Assembly (NCBI GenBank): GCA_016748015.1
Contig: JAAOMT010000309.1
Location: 186,001-250,000 of the forward strand
DNA: 64,000 nt
From: Geosiphon pyriformis uo1
Taxonomy: Eukaryota > Fungi > Glomeromycota
Direction: 5' to 3'
Both the position numbers and the translations under genes were made by a program. The notes below the pieces were generated by a model. That model was not told the origin of the DNA. It saw only the letters and a program-made list of their open reading frames with translations, and searched no databases. Below are positions 59,127 to 64,000 of this stretch, piece after piece; positions within the stretch are counted from its first letter, which is position 1, and the number at the start of each line of letters is the position of its first letter.

Positions 59127-62100
59127 GAAAAGATAAATTAGTATCATCAATTGCCGTGATCAAGAGCAATTGGTCCAAATCGTTAATAAGTTTGAGACAG
59201 TTATGCTAAGAGCATCTGTTCTAGAATAAAGGTACAAGACAAAAATTAATTCACATAAATTTCACAAAGTTCGAGAACATGAATTTGTGATTCTGATTTC
59301 TTTTAATAATTGGTTTATTTCAGGAAATGAAATAGGGAAGATAATAAAGAATGAAGGGATATGGATATTTTAATTTCTGGTCTAGAGATTCGTATCTATT
59401 TTTTCTTCTCTGTCTTTTCTCACTTCTACAACTACTTGCTTTTATACATTTTTTTGGTTTTACAAAATTGCTTTTAATTGTCTCGCTATTGCTAGCTATT
59501 ACTTTGTTGTTTCTGTTATTGCTTTATTTTTCTATATTATCGCTAGTTATCCTATGTTATAACATGTTATCTGACATTATTACATGTTATTCTGTGTTAT
59601 CCTGCATTATAATACGTTATCTTATGTTATTGCGCACTATTCTGTGTTATCTTGCATTATAACATGTTATCTAATGCTATTGCATGTTATTCTGTGTTAT
59701 GTTATGTTTTGGTCATGTTTCTTCATAACTTTGGATCAGTTTTTTTACTTGGGTAACATTATCCCTCTCTTTTTAAAATTAAGCTCCTGCAAAACCGTAT
59801 GTATCTGTTATCATGGCTTCATTCATGTAATGTTTGATTGTTGCCTCGAATATTGCCTTTTGTAGGTCTTCGAACTGTTGATTGGTTATTCATCCTATGC
59901 TGTTAACTGTTATGGTTTTCATAGATCCGTTCAGTAGTACGTTTGGGCAATGTTGGAAGGTGGCGTATAGTTGGTATGCTGCTTTGTAATATAGGGTCAG
60001 GTTGTTTTTCCCTATGAATTTTTCTACTTGTTGTATTGCTTCTTTGTTGAATGTTTTCTGGCTGAGGTCTTCATATGGTGTTTTCAAGTCAAGTTGTTCT
60101 CCAATTTTGTAGAACCAATAAGTTGAAGAAAGTCTTTCTTTCCATTCCTGGGCATTGTCAAGTGTTTACTCCCCTGTTTCAGGGAGTTTGGTCTCACAAG
60201 CTAAAGCTTCTTTTATTTCTTTGAGCTCAAGAACCAAGTATCTTCTTTTGTAACCTTTTTCTCGTTCTTTGCCTCCTTTTCCACCCCCCGTCTGAAGACA
60301 ATTTTTTCTCCCACATTGCCTTTCGGGTGGTGGGTAGGGAAGGGAATGTTTAGTTCTAATTGAACTCTCGTCCTTTCCTCTCCTGCTTTTATCTTTATAC
60401 TGTATCTCTTTTTTATCAATTGTTATTTCTATTTGAGATGTCGATTTTTGAATTGTTTCAAATAATTGTTTAGATAATTTTAAAATTTAATCTGAAAGAT
60501 CCATGTTAAAATTTTTATTATTTCTTGCTGCTTTTCAGATGCTATATATATTTGAATTCTCCAATTTAATTTGCTGTTCATTGTCTACGTTTCAATGACA
60601 ATGATTGGTTCCAGATCTTGTGGTATATCTTCTGGTCTGATTAATGAAATTTGTGTTCCTAGTTGAATTACTGATGACAATAATTCCTGTTTTACATGAT
60701 AAATTTTTAACCAATTTCCATGCGCTACTTTCTTTAAAATCCTGTCTTCCAATTGTAATTTGTAAGCTCCATTTCCTAACACTTCATGTATGTGGAATGG
60801 ACCATTTCACTTTGGGTCAAACTTTTCACTCCACTGTTTCTTAGTTTTTGTATAATGTAACAGTACTTGGTCTCCAATCTTGAATTCCATTGGTTGTTTT
60901 GATAGATGTTTATCATGTCTTTCTTTTTGTCATTCTTGAGCGTGACTAATATTGCCAGCTGCTGTTCTTCGATTGTTTTTCAACATTTCTTTTAGCTGAT
61001 ACATTCTTTGGTGTAAGATAGCCTCAAAATTCTCTTCATTGATTGTTTCTGTTGGGTATGACAGTATTACTCGTTCAATTAGTAACATAGCTTTTCTTCT
61101 ATAGATTAGTTCAAATGGTGTGAACTGAGTCATATTTTGTTTCAATGTTTGGTATGCAAAGAGTACAGAAGATATGAATAAGTCCCATTCTTGTCTGTTT
61201 TCATGACTTATTTTTGCTAGTGCTTCGCACAGTGTTCTGTTAAATCATTCTACCAGTCTATTTGTTTGTGGGTGGTATGGTAATGATAAGGGTCTCTTTA
61301 TTCCAAACCATTGGCTTAGTTCAGTCAGCATATTATTAACAAAGTGTGTTCCCTGATCAGATAATAATTCTTTTGGACATTCATGTCAGCAAATTAGGTC
61401 TTGATGCACAAATTCAGCGACTGTTTTGGTGTCAGCCACTTGGATTGCTCTGACTTCTGGCCATTTTGTAAGATAGTTTATGGCTACAGTGATATAGTGA
61501 TTTCCTTGGGATGTAATTGAAAGAGGTCCAACCAAATCAATCCCAATTCTATCAAATGGATTTCCAACTGGAATGGGTCGAAGTGGTTCTGTTGATCTTG
61601 CTCTTCCTTTTCGCTGGCATGCATCACAATTGAGCACGTATTCGAAAATGTCTTTGTGCATCATTGGCCAATAGTATAAGTTTAGTGTTCTTTCAAGGGT
61701 AGCGTTTTTGTTAAAGTGTTCTGCAGTCAGATTTGAGTGCACACTATATAGTATAGTTTCTCTTTCACTGTCCATGATTAGTTGTTGTGAGTTGGAGTGG
61801 TTTCGGCATTCTCGTCAATATAGTTGGTTGTCTTGAATAAAATAATTTTGGGCTTGTTTTCATATGGTACTCTGTTTCTGTTAAGATAATATCTCCTTGA
61901 AACTTAGTGTCGATAGGTACTGATGTAGTTGTTAATAAGTGAGTGTATCCATGAGTTTGGGATTAGGTTTGTGGCATCCTCGACAACTGTCAGCATTGGT
62001 GTTCTTGGATCTTTTCTTGTAATGAACTTTGAGTGAGAATTGTTGCAAATAAGTACTCCATCTCACATATTTTCTTTCTAGTTGTGGATTGTTGAGTAAC

Positions 62101-64000
62101 CAAATAAGTCCTTTGTGATTGGTATATAAGTCAAATGGTTAACTAAGGTAATGTTTCCAAGTCTGTATGACCCAATAAATGGCAAGACATTCTAGATCTG
62201 TTGTGCTGTAATTCTTTTCTGCTGGGCTAGTGCTGCGACTAGTGTAGGCAACTGGGTGTTCTCTATTGTCCGGTCCTATCTGTGATAAGACTGCTTCTAG
62301 AGCATTTTTCGAGACGTCTGTAGCAACAATGAACCGTTTAGTGAAATCTAGGTAAATTAGGATTGGAGATTTGATCAATCACTGCTTGAGATAGTTGAAT
62401 GCTCTCTGTTGATCTTCCTTCCACAAGTATGGTACGTATTTAGACAACAATTGATGAAGTGGTTTTGTGATGTTCGAGAAATCTTTGACAAATTGACAAT
62501 AATATCTTGTTAATCCTAGAAATTCTTGTAATTCTCTGAGATTGATTAGGACTGGAAAATTTTTGACTTTTTGTACTTTATCTGGATCGGGTTTAACTCT
62601 GTTCTTGCCGATTATATGTCCTAGGAATTTTAACTCAGTTTTTTCAAAGAAGCACTTTTCGGGATTGAGTTTCAATCTGGCACTATAAAGGTGTTCGAAG
62701 ACTTGTTGCAGGTGGAGCAGATGGTCTTCGAATGTTTTGGAGAACATGTTTGTGTCATTTAGATAGACTACTATTGATTTCCAAAGGATTTCTTTGTATA
62801 CTACATCTATCAGGCGTTGAAATGTGGCAGAAGTATTACAAAGTCCAAAAGGCATTACGTTAAACTCAAAGTTTCCGTCTCGAGTGGTAAATGCTGTTTT
62901 TTCTTTGTCTTTGGGGTCCATTTCAACTTGCCAGTAACCACTTGCTTAATCTAATGACAAGAACCATTTCTTTTTCCCTAGATTGTCCAGAATTTTCTGG
63001 ATGAGGGAAGTGGGATAACTATCTCTTCGCATGACACTATTTAGTTTTTGATAATCTATGCAGAATCGCACTTTTCCGTTTTTCTTGGTGACTAAGACTA
63101 TTGGCGAGGACCAAGGGCTTAATGATTCTTTGATTAGGCCGTTATCAAGCATCTGTTGCACTTCTTGCTTAATTAGGTTATTGCCAGATGGGGGTATGCA
63201 GTAAGCTCATTGCTTAATTGGTCGAGCGTCTTCTGTATCAATCTGATGCTTCACAATGTCAGTGCGTCCAAACTCATTTTTGCTGGCAAAGACATTGGCA
63301 TACTGATTCAGAAGAACTTTGAGTTGTATTTGTTGCAGGGTACTTAAATTTTCTAAATTCAATTTATTGATCTCTTCTGGTGTGAACAAGTAACTTTCTT
63401 TTGACAAATTTCATACTTGTAAGGTAATGTCACAGAATAAGAATAATTGTGCGAAATCTGGAATGGACTGAGGTTTTTCAGGATTCTGACTATCTGCGGA
63501 TATGGAACCGATAAGGGTTCCTTTGGAGATTTCAATGACATCTTTTGTCGGATTGTGGATGGAGATTTTAAAGTGTTTATGGGCTTTGGCCAATAGGTAT
63601 AGATTAGCAACATTGGCTAAGGAACAGATTTCGGGACTGGCTTCAAATAATAAGGCTTGATCTTGGATCTTTCGATTCACCTTGAGGATGTATTGTCAGT
63701 ATGAGAGAATGGAGATGACAGTGTCGGTGTGGATAAATTCTACCTGGTTACTGTCTTCTTCCATGAAATTAACTGGTACGTTTCCTCTTCCACTTGATTC
63801 AAACCCATTGATTCCTCGAGCAGTGAGGCCTAACTCTTCTCAGGTTGTTACCGGGGTTAATTGGGGTATTTTGACTAGGAGTAAGAAGATAGCTTGGGCA
63901 ATCTTTTCTTGTGATTCTATTTTGTAGGGTCTGTTCGAATTGTTCTGTAGCATTATGATGATGTTTCCCGTGTAACTGGCATCAATGATTTCTTCTTTTA
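58687..64000 (-). mobile_element. Gypsy family 1, copy 2 (3' LTR 58687-59758, ORF3 59773-60504, IN, RH, RT, dUTPase C-terminal half); runs off the window
   Basis: Colinear with 8444-13720; same left flank and CTGG (58683-58686). Confidence 0.96.

Noticed and set aside
1-64000. Alternative genetic code or organellar origin as the cause of in-frame stops
   Set aside because: TGA, TAG and TAA all occur, and many differ between copies at codons that are TGG/CAA/CGA in sister copies, indicating mutation

Overview
AT-rich eukaryotic, most likely fungal, DNA from a fragmented scaffold with 18 gaps of 20 N. From memory the element proteins resemble Glomeromycotina/Geosiphon-type repeats; this is an inference and was not searched. 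I can support no intact host gene, and most of the window is nested, decayed transposons. (1) A complete 10.2-kb Ty3/Gypsy element (8444-18624, minus) has a 4-bp TSD, a PBS, a PPT and an unusual layout: Gag-PR-[multi-CxxC domain]-dUTPase-RT-RNaseH-IN, plus a separate ~243-codon ORF3 ending at the PPT. A second copy starts at 58687, and the empty pre-insertion site is at ~55767. (2) Pieces of a second Gypsy family carry a similar ORF3. (3) There are two full-length ~6.7-6.8-kb LINE families (ORF1 + APE-RT-RNaseH-Zn) with TSDs, and two older LINE fossils. (4) A 2.3-kb ORF1-only retroposon shares the LINE 3' UTR (HAL1-like). (5) Also present are two DD34E Tc1 families, a MITE, and an 89-bp hairpin centred on TGACGTCA in a CpG-retaining island. 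Blocks recur 2-3 times with shared flanks (segmental/tandem duplication or assembly redundancy). Copies differ almost only by C>T/G>A transitions, and several very AT-rich deserts can be decoded as hypermutated LINE ORF2.
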